Shown here: in pieces, positions 1 to 12,273 of the stretch
Position numbering within the stretch: the first letter of the stretch is position 1
Layout of the letters: each line of letters opens with the position of its first letter
Source of the DNA: Deltaproteobacteria bacterium
GTDB lineage: Bacteria > Myxococcota_A > Polyangia > Polyangiales > Houyiibacteriaceae
Assembly (NCBI GenBank): GCA_034670305.1
Contig: JAXMNT010000013.1
Span: 64,001-128,000, forward strand
DNA: 64,000 nucleotides
Direction: 5' to 3'
The notes under the pieces: model-generated
The model's database searches: none
What the model saw: only the letters and a program-made list of their open reading frames with translations
Told to the model about the DNA's origin: nothing
Program-made: the position numbers and the translations under genes

Positions 1-2
1 CG

Positions 3-851
3 GTCGAGGCCGCCTACGACGACGTGGACTCGCTCCGCGCGGTCGTGTCGCAGGAACGCCCCGACGTCGTCTTTCATGTGGCCGGCGTCACGAAGGGCGT
101 GACCTTCGAGGACTTTCGGAACGGCAACGTCACACCCACCGCAAACCTGCTCGCCGCGCTGAAAGCCGAGCACCCGAAGCTCCGGCGATTCGTGCAGGTG
201 AGTTCACAGACCTCCTACGGGCCGTCCACGCCTTCGCGTCCCACCATCGAAGACGACCCGCGCCGCCCGGTCGAGTTCTACGGACGGAGCAAACTCGAAG
301 CAGAGATCCTCGTGGAACGCTCCGGGCTACCGTTCACCATCGTGCGCCCTTCGGGCGTCTACGGTCCGGGCGACGTCGACTTCCTGGAGCTCTTTCGAGC
401 GGCGTCGATGCGCACCAACCTCTTCTTCGGCAACGAAGCGAAGTGGGGCAGTTTCATCTACGTCGACGACTGCGTGCGCGGCACGCTGATGGCCGCGACC
501 CACGACGCCACGCTCAATCGAGGCTACTTTCTCACCGACGATGTGCCGACCACCTGGGGTGCGTTTCAGCAACTCATCGTCGACGCGATGCCCCACCGGG
601 TCTTCACGGTGCGGCTTCCCGAAGCGTTCGTCTCGCTGGCCGCGATGGGCGGCGAGTTCCTCTCGAGCCGCGATGGCAAAGCGCGGCTGATGAACCGGCA
701 GAAGGCGATCATGAGCGCGCAGGATGCGTGGACGTGCAGCGGCGCGCGGGCGCGGGCGGAGTTCGGGTTCGAAGCCGAGGTGACGCAACGCGAGGGGATC
801 GCGCGCACCGACCGGTGGTACCGGGAGCAGAACTGGTACCGGTTGCGATAG
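3..851 (+). CDS. NAD-dependent epimerase/dehydratase (extended SDR), 5' truncated by the window
   Basis: DVVFHVAG, VQVSS, catalytic YGRSK (YxxxK), VRPSGVYGPGD; frame is open to the window edge. Confidence 0.85.
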   Translation, partial: VEAAYDDVDSLRAVVSQERPDVVFHVAGVTKGVTFEDFRNGNVTPTANLLAALKAEHPKLRRFVQVSSQTSYGPSTPSRPTIEDDPRRPVEFYGRSKLEAEILVERSGLPFTIVRPSGVYGPGDVDFLELFRAASMRTNLFFGNEAKWGSFIYVDDCVRGTLMAATHDATLNRGYFLTDDVPTTWGAFQQLIVDAMPHRVFTVRLPEAFVSLAAMGGEFLSSRDGKARLMNRQKAIMSAQDAWTCSGARARAEFGFEAEVTQREGIARTDRWYREQNWYRLR

Positions 852-870
852 ACGCCGGGGGCGGCGCTCG

Positions 871-930
871 CTGAAGCCGAAGCCGAATCCGAAGCCGAAG
901 CCGCTTCCGCTTCCGCTTCTGCTGCTGCCG
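871..930. repeat. Hexamer satellite (GAAGCC/GAATCC, then GCTTCC) between convergent genes
   Basis: gaagccgaagccgaatccgaagccgaagccgcttccgcttccgcttct read directly. Confidence 0.85.
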
Positions 931-936
931 GGGTGC

Positions 937-2175
937 TCAGTCGGGGAGGAGTCGGTGGTAGGCGGAGGGGTACGAGCTGAAGCGGGCGAGGTAGACGAGG
1001 TGTGGGCCGTTGAGATCGCAGCGGTAGCCGCGGGCGACGCGCGTCGGCACCCTGGCGCCCACGTCGAGGAGCATGACCACCTTCTCGGCGTAGTAGCCCT
1101 CTTCCACCATGAAGGTGACTTCGCTGGTCCAGCACACGCGACCGTTCGACACCCGCGGGTCGAGCCCGGACTCCTCGGACAGGGCGCGGCGTTCGCCGGT
1201 GCCTAGGTCGTAGCTCCAGACGATGCCCTCGCGAGACGGCGCGGTGGAACCGGTCGATTGCTGCCACACCACGAGCTCGCCGTCGATGGCCGGCGCGAGG
1301 TGCCAGCCCTCGTCGAGCCCTTCGCTCAGGCGAACCACTTCGCCCGTCTCGAGGTGGAGCGCGTCCACGTGTCGACCGAAGATCGAATCCTCGGCGGTGG
1401 AACGTTCATACACCACCCAGTCTCCGGAGAGGTCTGGCTCGGCGACGCGGAGACCGAACTCCGTGAGCTGCTCGAAACCACCGGCAGCAGTCCACTGCCA
1501 CAGCTCGGCGTGGGACCGCGGCGCGCCTACGTGGAACACGACGCGATCTCCCTCGACCACCGGCGACGAGGCGAACGCGAGGCCGCCCGACTCGAACTCG
1601 TCGCCCGACGCCAGCTCATGGACCACGACCACCCCATCGCCTTCGCGGGTCCACGCGACCCAACCACCGTCGATCGAACCGCCCACCTCGCGGGATGGGT
1701 CGTCGCTCGAGGCGATCGGTTCGGCATGGGGGGTCAATACGTTGGCTTCCGCGGGCGTCGCACGGTCCACGAGCACCACGTCCCCGCTGCCGCTCAGACC
1801 GTGTGCGTCGATCACCGCGAGACCGTCCGACGAGACCCGAACCCGCAGGTCCTGGGTGGCGAGCGTACCGAGGCGCACGACGCAGCCTTCGTCGACCGCT
1901 CCGTCGCAGTCGTCGTCGCGGCCATTGCAGACTTCCTCGACCACGGGCGACTCGCATCGAAGCGCGTCTTCGCCCGCACACACCCAGCGGCCCTCGCACA
2001 GGTCGCCGCCTGGAGCACAAGCTTCGCCGAGTGTGCCCGGAAGATCCTCGAGACCGCCGCACGCGTTGCGGTCGTCGACGACCTCGTCGATCGGCGCCGG
2101 TTCCCAGACGAGACGCGTCCGGGTGCAGCCGGCGGCAAGCGCGCAGACACCGATCAGCAAGAGGGCCCGGCTCAT
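937..2175 (-). CDS. Lipoprotein with a Cys/Asp metal-binding motif and beta-propeller repeats
   Basis: Lipobox LAAGC; EVCNGRDDDCDGAVDEGC; repeats PDLSGDWVVY, PAIDGELVVW, PRVSNGRVCW; ATGA overlap with the upstream gene. Confidence 0.75.
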   Translation of the reverse strand: MSRALLLIGVCALAAGCTRTRLVWEPAPIDEVVDDRNACGGLEDLPGTLGEACAPGGDLCEGRWVCAGEDALRCESPVVEEVCNGRDDDCDGAVDEGCVVRLGTLATQDLRVRVSSDGLAVIDAHGLSGSGDVVLVDRATPAEANVLTPHAEPIASSDDPSREVGGSIDGGWVAWTREGDGVVVVHELASGDEFESGGLAFASSPVVEGDRVVFHVGAPRSHAELWQWTAAGGFEQLTEFGLRVAEPDLSGDWVVYERSTAEDSIFGRHVDALHLETGEVVRLSEGLDEGWHLAPAIDGELVVWQQSTGSTAPSREGIVWSYDLGTGERRALSEESGLDPRVSNGRVCWTSEVTFMVEEGYYAEKVVMLLDVGARVPTRVARGYRCDLNGPHLVYLARFSSYPSAYHRLLPD

Positions 2176-3380
2176 GGTGCGACGCCTTCCGGAAAGAAGT
2201 CGCCAGCGGCGAGGTCGCTGAGATCCATCGTGTAGAGATCCCATTGGTCGTTGCGGTCGTCCGCCCAGACCAGCTGATCGGCTTCCATTCGGCCGCTCGT
2301 ACTCCGCCGCGGGTAGTCGGTGACCTGCAGACGCTCGAGCGTTCGGGTGTCGATCAAGACGAGCTCACTGCGTCCTTCGCGGTCGTGCTCGACCACCGCC
2401 CAGCGTCCCTGCAGGTCCGTGGGTTCGTCGCACGGGAACGCGTTCGAGAGTTCGGTCCTGGAACCGGTCTCGATGTCGTACATCACCGCCGCGCACGGTT
2501 TCGGTTCGGTCCATGCCACCCAGGGTTCCCGCACTTCGTTCAAGAGCGCCCGCCCGCGGTCGAGTACGAAGTTGCTGGACTTCGCCATCTCGTCCGGCTG
2601 GGTGGTCACGCGGCGGATGCCCTCCCCGTCCGTGGTGAACAGCTCGTGGAAGTGCAGCAGATGCACCGTGTGGTGTCCGTGGCGGTCGTCGAGCCACACG
2701 ACCTGGTTCCCCTCGACTTCCGGTGCCCGCTGGATGCTGTAGTGCGCCCCGTGAAGCGTGACCGCGCCGGTCCGCAGGTCCATCGAGTACACCTCGTAGT
2801 CCTCGTCGGTCCCGGCCGCGAGCTCGTACCAGGCCACGGTGTGCCCTCCGATGCGACCCCCGTACATCGAGTTCTCGCGCTCCAACCGGTGGGTGACTTC
2901 ACCGGTCTGAGCCGACATCACGACGTAGCCGTCGCCCGTGAGCACCAGCGCACGCTCGCCGGACAGCCGCACCGCCAACGCGTCTTCGGCGAGCACACGT
3001 TCTTCGGTGCCCGGACTGGACGCGGTCGGCAGATCTCGAATCAGGATCTGCCCAGGCGCGCGCGGGAAGAGCGGGTCCGCCCGGAGCCACGCGACCCGGC
3101 CTGCCTCGAGCCGGGGCGCACGATCGTCGAGCAGACTCGTCGTCAGCCGAATCGGGCAGCCCTCGTCGCGTTTGCCGTCGAGATCGTCGTCGATGCCGTT
3201 GCAGCGCTCCGGCACAGCACCCGGCGCGTCGGGCCGGGGGGCATCGGTTCCTGGACCCCCGTCGGCCGCTTCGAAGTGGTGCGACCCGCAGTCACAGCCA
3301 GCCACGCAGGCAAGCCACAGCACAGCGCACGCGCGGACGCTCACGAGCGAGGGCGTGCCAATGCGAGTCAACGAGTTCAC
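2172..3380 (-). CDS. Paralogous lipoprotein with a Cys/Asp motif and beta-propeller repeats (start uncertain, 3344-3380)
   Basis: Lipobox VAGC; ERCNGIDDDLDGKRDEGC; PEVEGNQVVWLDDR, DQLVWADDRNDQWDLYTMDL. Confidence 0.7.
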   Translation of the reverse strand: MNSLTRIGTPSLVSVRACAVLWLACVAGCDCGSHHFEAADGGPGTDAPRPDAPGAVPERCNGIDDDLDGKRDEGCPIRLTTSLLDDRAPRLEAGRVAWLRADPLFPRAPGQILIRDLPTASSPGTEERVLAEDALAVRLSGERALVLTGDGYVVMSAQTGEVTHRLERENSMYGGRIGGHTVAWYELAAGTDEDYEVYSMDLRTGAVTLHGAHYSIQRAPEVEGNQVVWLDDRHGHHTVHLLHFHELFTTDGEGIRRVTTQPDEMAKSSNFVLDRGRALLNEVREPWVAWTEPKPCAAVMYDIETGSRTELSNAFPCDEPTDLQGRWAVVEHDREGRSELVLIDTRTLERLQVTDYPRRSTSGRMEADQLVWADDRNDQWDLYTMDLSDLAAGDFFPEGVAP

Positions 3381-3486
3381 CAGGCCGCGGCTGAGCACGT
3401 CGCGTGCCAGCTCGCAGCCGGGATGCCCGCTCGAGGATCCGGGGGCGCCGTGGGCAAACTTCGTTTCAGCCTGTACAATCAGGGGT

Positions 3487-4668
3487 ATGGATCGCTTTCT
3501 TGTGTGTCTTTGCGTGTGCGCCGTGGCGGGCTGCAGTGCCCTCATCGACCCCGATGGAAATCAACTCGGCGGAGGCGGTGGCGTCGACGCCGGACCTGGG
3601 ACCGACACGGGACCCCGGCCGGACAGTGGCGGGCCCATGGACGCGGGCATCGACGTCGGTCCGAACATCTGCGTGATCGGCGAACGGTCGTGCGACGATC
3701 TCGATGTGCTCGTGGAGTGCCTCGGCGACCGCTACATGCGCACCGGTTGCCGTGCGACGGGCGAGGTCTGTGTCGAGAGTGGCGGCACCGCGTTCTGTGG
3801 TCCGGATGGTACCGAGTGCGCGCCCGGCGACAGCCGATGCACCGACACGACGACCTTGGAGCGCTGCACCGTGGAGGGGCGCTGGGAATCGATGGACTGC
3901 GAAGAAGCCTGCATCGTGGACGGCGCGGGCGCGCGTTGCGGCGCCAGCCCAGGATGTCCGCCCGGCACCCCGCCGTTCTGTGAAGGGACCGAAGTCGTCG
4001 AGTGCGTCGAAGGAGTCTTCGAGCGCACCAACTGCGCCGACTTTGGCCAAACCTGTGCAAGCCCCGGGGGTGCGGCGATGTGCGTCGGACCGGATTGTTC
4101 GCCCGCAGACGACCGCTGCGAGGGCAACACCGCCATCCGGTGCGACGAGGGCTCGATCACCCGAGAGAGCTGCGGCGACAACGTGTGTGTGCATGCCGAC
4201 GGTCCCCCGACTTGCCGCGCCGACCCCTGCGCGGGGCTCGACTCGATCCGCTCGGGCGACACCGAGAACATCGATCTCTGCGCGGAGTCCGCTGGAAACC
4301 ACTACGAGGTCATGAACGACTGCCGGAGCACCTCCACCGGCAACGACGTGATCCTGCGGCTCGAGATCGAGAGCGAAGGCGACTACACGATCCGAGTCGA
4401 AGACGACGACGGCGGCGCGAGCATCGACACCGTGGTCTACCTCCGCAGTGGCAGTTGCATGGGCCGCCAGATCGCATGCAGCGACGACGACGACTGCCGG
4501 TTCCGCGAGAGCGGGTGCATCGGCGAACTCCAGTACCGGCGCTCTGTCATCACGGAACGACTGGAACCGGGCGTCTACTACATCGTGGTCGACCACTACT
4601 TCCGCGACGGCTGGACCTGCGGCGACGTCGAGGTCCAAGTCTCCCGCTCCTTCTTCCCCGGCGGCTGA
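3487..4668 (+). CDS. Cys-rich lipoprotein with a C-terminal PPC-like beta domain
   Basis: MDRFLVCLCVCAVAGC lipobox; repeated Cys motifs; DTVVYLRSGSC...IACSDD...LEPGVYYIVVD. Confidence 0.75.
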   Translation: MDRFLVCLCVCAVAGCSALIDPDGNQLGGGGGVDAGPGTDTGPRPDSGGPMDAGIDVGPNICVIGERSCDDLDVLVECLGDRYMRTGCRATGEVCVESGGTAFCGPDGTECAPGDSRCTDTTTLERCTVEGRWESMDCEEACIVDGAGARCGASPGCPPGTPPFCEGTEVVECVEGVFERTNCADFGQTCASPGGAAMCVGPDCSPADDRCEGNTAIRCDEGSITRESCGDNVCVHADGPPTCRADPCAGLDSIRSGDTENIDLCAESAGNHYEVMNDCRSTSTGNDVILRLEIESEGDYTIRVEDDDGGASIDTVVYLRSGSCMGRQIACSDDDDCRFRESGCIGELQYRRSVITERLEPGVYYIVVDHYFRDGWTCGDVEVQVSRSFFPGG

Positions 4669-4709
4669 GCCAGTCTCGCGAAGTGAGCCAGGCCCGTAGC
4701 GCCAAGAAA

Positions 4710-6092
4710 TCAGAGCCGGAAGTGGAGGCTCTTGGGTCGAGTCAGCTGCTCGTAGCCGAACGGTGAGAGCGTGCAGCCGCGCCCCGAGTCCTTCACGCCG
4801 ACCCATGCGAGATCCGGATCGAGTGCGTCGCATCGGTTCATGAAGACGGTGCCGGTCTCGAGGGCGGTCGCGATCTTGCGGGCCCGATCCACGCTTTGGG
4901 TCCAAATGGACGCGGTCAGCCCGTACGGGCTGTCGTTCATGCGGCGCACGGCCTCCGCTTCGCTGCTGCACGACGCGATGCCGACCACCGGACCGAAGGT
5001 CTCTTCCCGCATGACCAGCATGTCGTCGGTGACGTCGACCAACACCTGCGGCGCGAGGTAGGGCAGCCCACGATCCGCGCCCGCAAAACCTTCGGCGATG
5101 AGCGGGGTCGCGCCGGCCGTGATCGCGCGTTTGATCTGGTTCTGAATCGCGTGTGCGTTTCGTTTGCGCACGACCGGCCCCAGGGTTGTCTCCGCTTCGC
5201 GCGGATCTCCAAGCACGTACTGGCGGGTGAGGGCCGCGAACTTCTCCACGAATGGTTCGTACACGTCCGAGTTCACGTAGATGCGCTCCACGGCACAACA
5301 GCTCTGTCCAGAGTTGAAGAAACTCCCGTCGACGAGGTTCTCCACCGCCAGATCGAGATCTGCGTCCGGCGCGACGTACGCCGGATCCTTGCCGCCGAGT
5401 TCCAGCCCGACCCCCACGAAGCTCGACTCGAGCGCGGTTCGAGCCACCGTGCGCCCGCCCGCCACCGAACCGGTGAACGCGATGAACTTCACGCGGCGAT
5501 CCGACACGAGCGTCGCCGTGCGTTCGTGCGTCGCGTGCACGACCTGGAACACACCAGGCGGCAACTCTGCCTCGGCCGCCGCCTCCGCGAACCGCTCCGC
5601 CACCAGCGGGGTCTGATCGCTGTGTTTGAGCACCACCGAGCAACCCGCCATCAGCGCCGGCACCACCGTGTTGACCGCCGTGAGCCACGGGTAGTTCCAG
5701 GGCGCGAGCACGAGCACGGGACCCACCGGCTCCCGAAGCACCTCGCGCACGAAGCCCTTCTTCTCGGGTGGAATCCACGAACGGAGCGCGGGTTCTGCGA
5801 GCGCGATCATGCGCCGGCCGCGATCTTCGAAGCCAGTGATCTCGCCTTCGGTGTAGCGGCGCGGCCGACCCATCTGCAGGGTCAGCTCGTCCGCCAAGAC
5901 GCTCTTTTTCGCCACGACCGCATCGATGAAGGCGGTGACGAACTTCGCGCGACGCTCGAGCGGGATGGCCCGCCACGCCTCGAAGCCCAGGACGGACGCA
6001 TCCAGGATCCGGTCGACCTCCGGGATCGTCGCGCAGGGATGCTCCGCGACCACGCTGCCATCGATGGGGGACACACACACCAGGTTCGGCAT
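4710..6092 (-). CDS. Aldehyde dehydrogenase family protein
   Basis: APWNYP, FTGS, LELGGKDP, FFNSGQSCCA (catalytic Cys), REETFGPV, YGL. Confidence 0.95.
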   Translation of the reverse strand: MPNLVCVSPIDGSVVAEHPCATIPEVDRILDASVLGFEAWRAIPLERRAKFVTAFIDAVVAKKSVLADELTLQMGRPRRYTEGEITGFEDRGRRMIALAEPALRSWIPPEKKGFVREVLREPVGPVLVLAPWNYPWLTAVNTVVPALMAGCSVVLKHSDQTPLVAERFAEAAAEAELPPGVFQVVHATHERTATLVSDRRVKFIAFTGSVAGGRTVARTALESSFVGVGLELGGKDPAYVAPDADLDLAVENLVDGSFFNSGQSCCAVERIYVNSDVYEPFVEKFAALTRQYVLGDPREAETTLGPVVRKRNAHAIQNQIKRAITAGATPLIAEGFAGADRGLPYLAPQVLVDVTDDMLVMREETFGPVVGIASCSSEAEAVRRMNDSPYGLTASIWTQSVDRARKIATALETGTVFMNRCDALDPDLAWVGVKDSGRGCTLSPFGYEQLTRPKSLHFRL

Positions 6093-6151
6093 GCGGCGGA
6101 GCGTACCCCCCGACGGCGCGGCGTCGAGCCGGAACGACTCGTCGCCTGGGG

Positions 6152-7776
<1,625 letters not shown>

Positions 7777-7780
<4 letters not shown>

Positions 7781-8151
7781 GTGCGCGCCGCAGCCACGAG
7801 TTTCTCGATCTTCTCGAGCAGTCGATTCAAGTCGACGGGTTTGGTGTCGTAGTCGTCGCACCCGGCGTCGAGCGCCTTCTCGCGGTCCCCGCGCATCGCG
7901 TGGGCGGTGAGCGCGATGATGGGGATCCGAGCGGTGGCTTCATCTGCCTTGAGGCGACGGCTCGCCTCCCATCCGTCGAGCCTTGGGAGGCTCATGTCCA
8001 TGAGCACCAGATCGGGCGCTTCGGACTGGGCTTTCTCGATGCCCTCCTGGCCGTCTACGGCCAGCACCACTTCGAACCCGCGTCGAGCCAGCCGTCGCGA
8101 CAGCATGTCGCGGTTCAACTCGTTGTCTTCGACGAGCAAGATCTTGGTCAT
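7777..8151 (-). CDS. Single-domain response regulator (DivK/CheY-like)
   Basis: ILLVEDN, LMDMSLP, IIALTAHA, DTKP; 4-bp overlap with the downstream gene. Confidence 0.93.
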
Positions 8152-8483
8152 GCCCGTCCCCACAAGCGCAGGGCACTCGGGTTCGGGTGCCGAGGCTCGA
8201 CGGCGACAAGGCTGGCGGGGGTCAGATTCACGATGGGGCTACGGCGGACAGGCACGCGTGACGCGTGGAGCAAGTTCGGGCGGGTCGAACCGGGCTCCGA
8301 TGGTAGATTCCTGGGCGTGATCCTACCGCATTTGCAGCTGGGCTCCATAGCAGACAGTCCACGGATGCCGATCGCTGCGGATCGTGCGTGGGTCAGGCGG
8401 GGTCGCCGAGGGTGGTTTCGGTCGGAAGCGTCGCGGGCGCGGCTGGGCTCCGCCGGTGCGGCCAGATCGTCAGGGCACGACCG

Positions 8484-10907
8484 ATGAGAAATCCGCTCGC
8501 GCCCCGCACCATGATGGGCCGGCTTGCGATCGTCACTGCCCTGTTCTTGTCCATCGCGGTGGGTCTCTTGCTCTGGCAGGACCAACAACGCCTGCAGAGC
8601 CGCATCGAAGAGGGGGAAATGGCCCGCATCCGCGCGATCGCCACGACCCTCGCGCTCCAGATCGATGGCACCGCCCACCAGCGCGTGGTCGCGCGGGTCA
8701 CGGACCGGGACGCGTTCACCCGATGGGCGGGTGCGCCAAGCGAGCTCCAGTCCATTCACGAGCAGCTGTCTCTCGCGGCCGACGAGAACGGCATCACGAC
8801 ACCGCTGCAGACGTTGATCCTGCGTGAGCGGGAAGAGCGCCGGGTGCGTTCGGCGCCCGAGCTCTATTTTCCGGAGGCGATGAGCGTCATCGCGACCAGC
8901 TCCGACGTCCCGTACTACCGGCACAGCGAAGACTACGTGCCGGAGATGGCCATCGCCCTGGCCGGCCGATCGGTGGGCAAACACCCGTACGCCGATGCGC
9001 ATGGCACTTGGATCAGCGCGTTTGCGCCCATCCGCGACAACGACGGCCAAGTGGTCGCGCTCCTGCAGGTGGACACGCCACTCGACCGGCTGCTCGAAGA
9101 GAGCAACCGGCACACCACCCAGCAGGCGCTGTTCGCGTTGCTGCTGCTGGTGGTCCTCGTGTGCGCGATGATCCTCGCGTCGCACCGGCTCACGCGCGCG
9201 CTGACCTTGCTCGCGCAGGCCGCCAAGCGGTTCGGACACGGCGACTTCAAGACGAAGATCACCGCGCACGGCGCGACCTCGGAGATCGAGGAACTGGCAG
9301 GTGCGCTCGAGAGCGCGCGCCAGGAGATCTCGGAACAGGTCGACGCGCAGCAGTTGACCGAAGCCCAGCTCGCGCAAGCCCTGGCGAAGGCGAAGGCGGC
9401 CACCGAGGTGAAGTCTCAGTTCCTCGCGAACATGAGCCACGAGCTGCGCACGCCGATGAACGCGATCCTCGGCTACAGCGAGATGCTGATGGAGGACGCC
9501 GAAGAACTCGGCGAGGGCTCGGATGCCAGCGAGTTCGTCCCCGACCTCGCCAAGATCCGCAGCGCGGGCCAGCACCTCTTGGCCCTCATCAACGACATCC
9601 TGGACCTCTCCAAAGTCGAAGCGGGCAAGATCGAACTCTACCTCGAGGAGTTCAACGTCCGGGAGATGCTGGAGGAGATCGGCGCCACGCTCACGCCGCT
9701 CATCGAACGGCAGAACAACGCGCTCGTCATCCGCGTCGCGAAGGGCGTGCACTTGATGTACGGGGACGTCACCCGCACCCGGCAGATCCTCTACAACCTG
9801 CTCAGCAACGCAGCGAAGTTCACCGAACGCGGGACCATCAGCGTGCACGTGCGCGAAGGCGCGGATGGGCTGGTGTTCGAGGTGAAAGACACTGGCATCG
9901 GCATGAACGACGAGCAGCGCAGCCGGCTGTTCACCCCCTTCATGCAGGCCGACGCCTCGACGACTCGCAAGTTCGGAGGCACCGGCCTCGGGCTTGCCCT
10001 CTGCAAGGAGTTCGCCGAGCTGCTCGGAGGGTCCGTGAATGTCGACAGCCGGCCTGGCGAAGGTTCCACGTTCACCGTCCGGCTTCCGCACCGCATGCGC
10101 CGTTCGAGTGTGCCGAGCGCCCCACCCGCCGCGCCCACCCAGCCGTCGACCAAAGCCCGCGGTCGGGTCCTCGTGATCGACGACGACCCTGCGGTACGGG
10201 AACTCATGGCGCGGTCGTTGACGAAGGAGGGCTACGCGGTGGGCGTGGCCGCCAGTGGCCCCGAGGGGCTCGAAGCCGCCGAAGCCCACCCGCCGGATGT
10301 CGTGGTGCTCGATGTGCTGTTGCCCGAACAAGACGGCTGGGAAGTCCTGGCCACCCTCAAGGCACACCCCATCTTGCGCGACGTGCCGGTGGTGCTCGTC
10401 ACGATGGTCGACGACCGCAGCAAAGGGCTGGCCCTCGGAGCCGCGGACTTCCTCAGCAAACCGGTGGAGTGGGAGCGGCTGCGTGAGGTCCTCGACCGGT
10501 GCGTCGGCGAACACGGCGACGTGCTCGTCGTCGACGACGACGCGGCGGTCCGAGACATGCTCCAGCGCACCCTCGAGCGGGAGGGGCACGCGGTGCGCCT
10601 CGCGTGCGATGGGCGCGAGGCCCTCGAGGCCCTAGAGGCAGAAGACACCGACCTCCCGACGGTCGTGATTCTCGATCTGATGATGCCCGAAGTGGACGGG
10701 TTCGAAGTCCTCGCCCGCATGCGCACCGATCCACGCTTGCGGCGGGTGCCGGTCGTGGTGTTCACCGCGATGGAACTCGCCCGCGAAGAACGAGAGCGGC
10801 TCGACAACGGGGTGACCCGGGTCATTCGAAAAGGCGGGCGGGGCCGGTCGGACCTCGTGGACGAAGTGCGCGGCTTGGTGGGCGAGACGTTCGCGGACGC
10901 CGAGTAA
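8484..10907 (+). CDS. Hybrid sensor histidine kinase (2 TM, Cache-like, HAMP, HisKA, HATPase, 2 receivers)
   Basis: FLANMSHELRTPMN, QILYNLLSNAAKFT, DTGIG, GGTGLGL; two receiver domains (VLVIDDD, VLVVDDD). Confidence 0.95.
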   Translation: MRNPLAPRTMMGRLAIVTALFLSIAVGLLLWQDQQRLQSRIEEGEMARIRAIATTLALQIDGTAHQRVVARVTDRDAFTRWAGAPSELQSIHEQLSLAADENGITTPLQTLILREREERRVRSAPELYFPEAMSVIATSSDVPYYRHSEDYVPEMAIALAGRSVGKHPYADAHGTWISAFAPIRDNDGQVVALLQVDTPLDRLLEESNRHTTQQALFALLLLVVLVCAMILASHRLTRALTLLAQAAKRFGHGDFKTKITAHGATSEIEELAGALESARQEISEQVDAQQLTEAQLAQALAKAKAATEVKSQFLANMSHELRTPMNAILGYSEMLMEDAEELGEGSDASEFVPDLAKIRSAGQHLLALINDILDLSKVEAGKIELYLEEFNVREMLEEIGATLTPLIERQNNALVIRVAKGVHLMYGDVTRTRQILYNLLSNAAKFTERGTISVHVREGADGLVFEVKDTGIGMNDEQRSRLFTPFMQADASTTRKFGGTGLGLALCKEFAELLGGSVNVDSRPGEGSTFTVRLPHRMRRSSVPSAPPAAPTQPSTKARGRVLVIDDDPAVRELMARSLTKEGYAVGVAASGPEGLEAAEAHPPDVVVLDVLLPEQDGWEVLATLKAHPILRDVPVVLVTMVDDRSKGLALGAADFLSKPVEWERLREVLDRCVGEHGDVLVVDDDAAVRDMLQRTLEREGHAVRLACDGREALEALEAEDTDLPTVVILDLMMPEVDGFEVLARMRTDPRLRRVPVVVFTAMELAREERERLDNGVTRVIRKGGRGRSDLVDEVRGLVGETFADAE

Positions 10908-11072
10908 CACCGGTTCCTCGTCGGCCTCGGCCGCGACCCGAAATGTGACCGAAAAACCCTGCTGGCACGAAATGCGTCCATGTGGGAAGTGACCTTCCGC
11001 GCCTTCGGCCACGCTCGCGGCGATGCACCCATCTGCTATGGTCGCGCGCCTTTTCATCCTCGTCGATTCACC

Positions 11073-11567
11073 ATGCTCCGCAAACTCGTCACCGCCCTGA
11101 CCCTGTCCGCCGTATGGGTTCTGTGGTCCTGGCACTTCGAGCCGCTCATCGTCGGGTTCGGCGTGGCCGCGGTGATCTTGACGGTGTTCACTGCTGCACG
11201 GTTGGAGGTGTTGGACGCGGAAGGCGAACCCTTCGAGCTCAACCTGCGACTCCTGGTCTTCATCCCGTGGCTCGCCTGGCAGGTCCTCGAGTCCAACCTG
11301 ACGATCGCCCGCATCATCCTGAACCCGAAGATGCCGCTCAGCCCGCACCTCATCCGCGTGCCGGCCAGCCAGCGAACGGTGCTCGGTCAGGTCATCCACG
11401 CGAACACCATCACCATCACGCCGGGCACCATCTCGCTCGACGTGCGGGACGGCGTCATCCTCGTGCACGCGCTCGACCAGCGGTTCGCAGACCAGGACGA
11501 CGGCGGCGCGACCGACAAGATGATCTCGTGGCTCGAAGGCCGCGCCAAGGCGGACCGAACGTCATGA
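11073..11567 (+). CDS. mrpE: Na+/H+ antiporter subunit E
   Basis: ANTITITPGTISL, ILVHAL; first gene of the coupled operon. Confidence 0.9.
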   Translation: MLRKLVTALTLSAVWVLWSWHFEPLIVGFGVAAVILTVFTAARLEVLDAEGEPFELNLRLLVFIPWLAWQVLESNLTIARIILNPKMPLSPHLIRVPASQRTVLGQVIHANTITITPGTISLDVRDGVILVHALDQRFADQDDGGATDKMISWLEGRAKADRTS

Positions 11568-11866
11568 GTTACGTGTACGCGGCTGCCGCGAGCGCGATCC
11601 TCATCACGATGCTGCTCGCGATGGGCCGCGCGATCGTCGGTCCCACCACCTACGACCGCATCCTCGCGTTGAACGCGTTCGGGACCAAGACGGTGCTGCT
11701 CATCGCGGTGATGGGCTACCTCTTCGGCCGGCCCGAGTGGCTCGACCTCGCGCTCGTCTATGGGCTCTGCAACTTCGTCGGGACCCTGGCCGTGCTGCGT
11801 TTCAGCAAGTACGGCTCCCTCGCCAACGACGTGACCCTCCCCCCGGACGCCGAGGACCACGCGTGA
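11564..11866 (+). CDS. mrpF: Na+/H+ antiporter subunit F
   Basis: GPTTYDRILALN, DLALVYGLCNFVGT; ATGA overlap. Confidence 0.9.
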   Translation: MSYVYAAAASAILITMLLAMGRAIVGPTTYDRILALNAFGTKTVLLIAVMGYLFGRPEWLDLALVYGLCNFVGTLAVLRFSKYGSLANDVTLPPDAEDHA

Positions 11867-12273
11867 CCCTCGAACTCGTCTTGCAGTGCATCGGCGCCGT
11901 GTTCCTGCTCGGTGGCTCGTTCTTCTGCATCGTCGGGGGCATCGGACTCGTACGCCTGCCGACCTTCTACACGCGCTGTCATGCAGCCGGAGTCACCGAC
12001 AGCGCGGGCGCGGCGGGGGTGCTCGTCGGCCTCGCGTTCGTCTCGACCCCGCTGGTCGCCTTCAAGCTTGTGACCGTGCTTGCGTTCGTGTGGCTCACGA
12101 GCGTCGCGTCGACCCACGCGCTCGTCAAAGCCGCCCATGCGCGCGGCGTCCGCGTCATGAACACCCCGCGCCTCGATTGGACGATCCCGCCGCCCGCGCC
12201 GGACGATGGCGAAGTCGATCCGAGCACGCCGCCGAGCGACCTGGGCCCGCACCTCAGCGGTGAAGAAGCGTGA
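11863..12273 (+). CDS. mrpG: Na+/H+ antiporter subunit G
   Basis: GGIGLVRLPTFYTRCHAAGVTD; GTGA overlap. Confidence 0.9.
   Translation: MTLELVLQCIGAVFLLGGSFFCIVGGIGLVRLPTFYTRCHAAGVTDSAGAAGVLVGLAFVSTPLVAFKLVTVLAFVWLTSVASTHALVKAAHARGVRVMNTPRLDWTIPPPAPDDGEVDPSTPPSDLGPHLSGEEA

Noticed and set aside
10960-10980. Sigma-54 promoter (TGGCACG) upstream of mrpE
   Set aside because: GG-to-GC spacing is 8 nt rather than the required 10.
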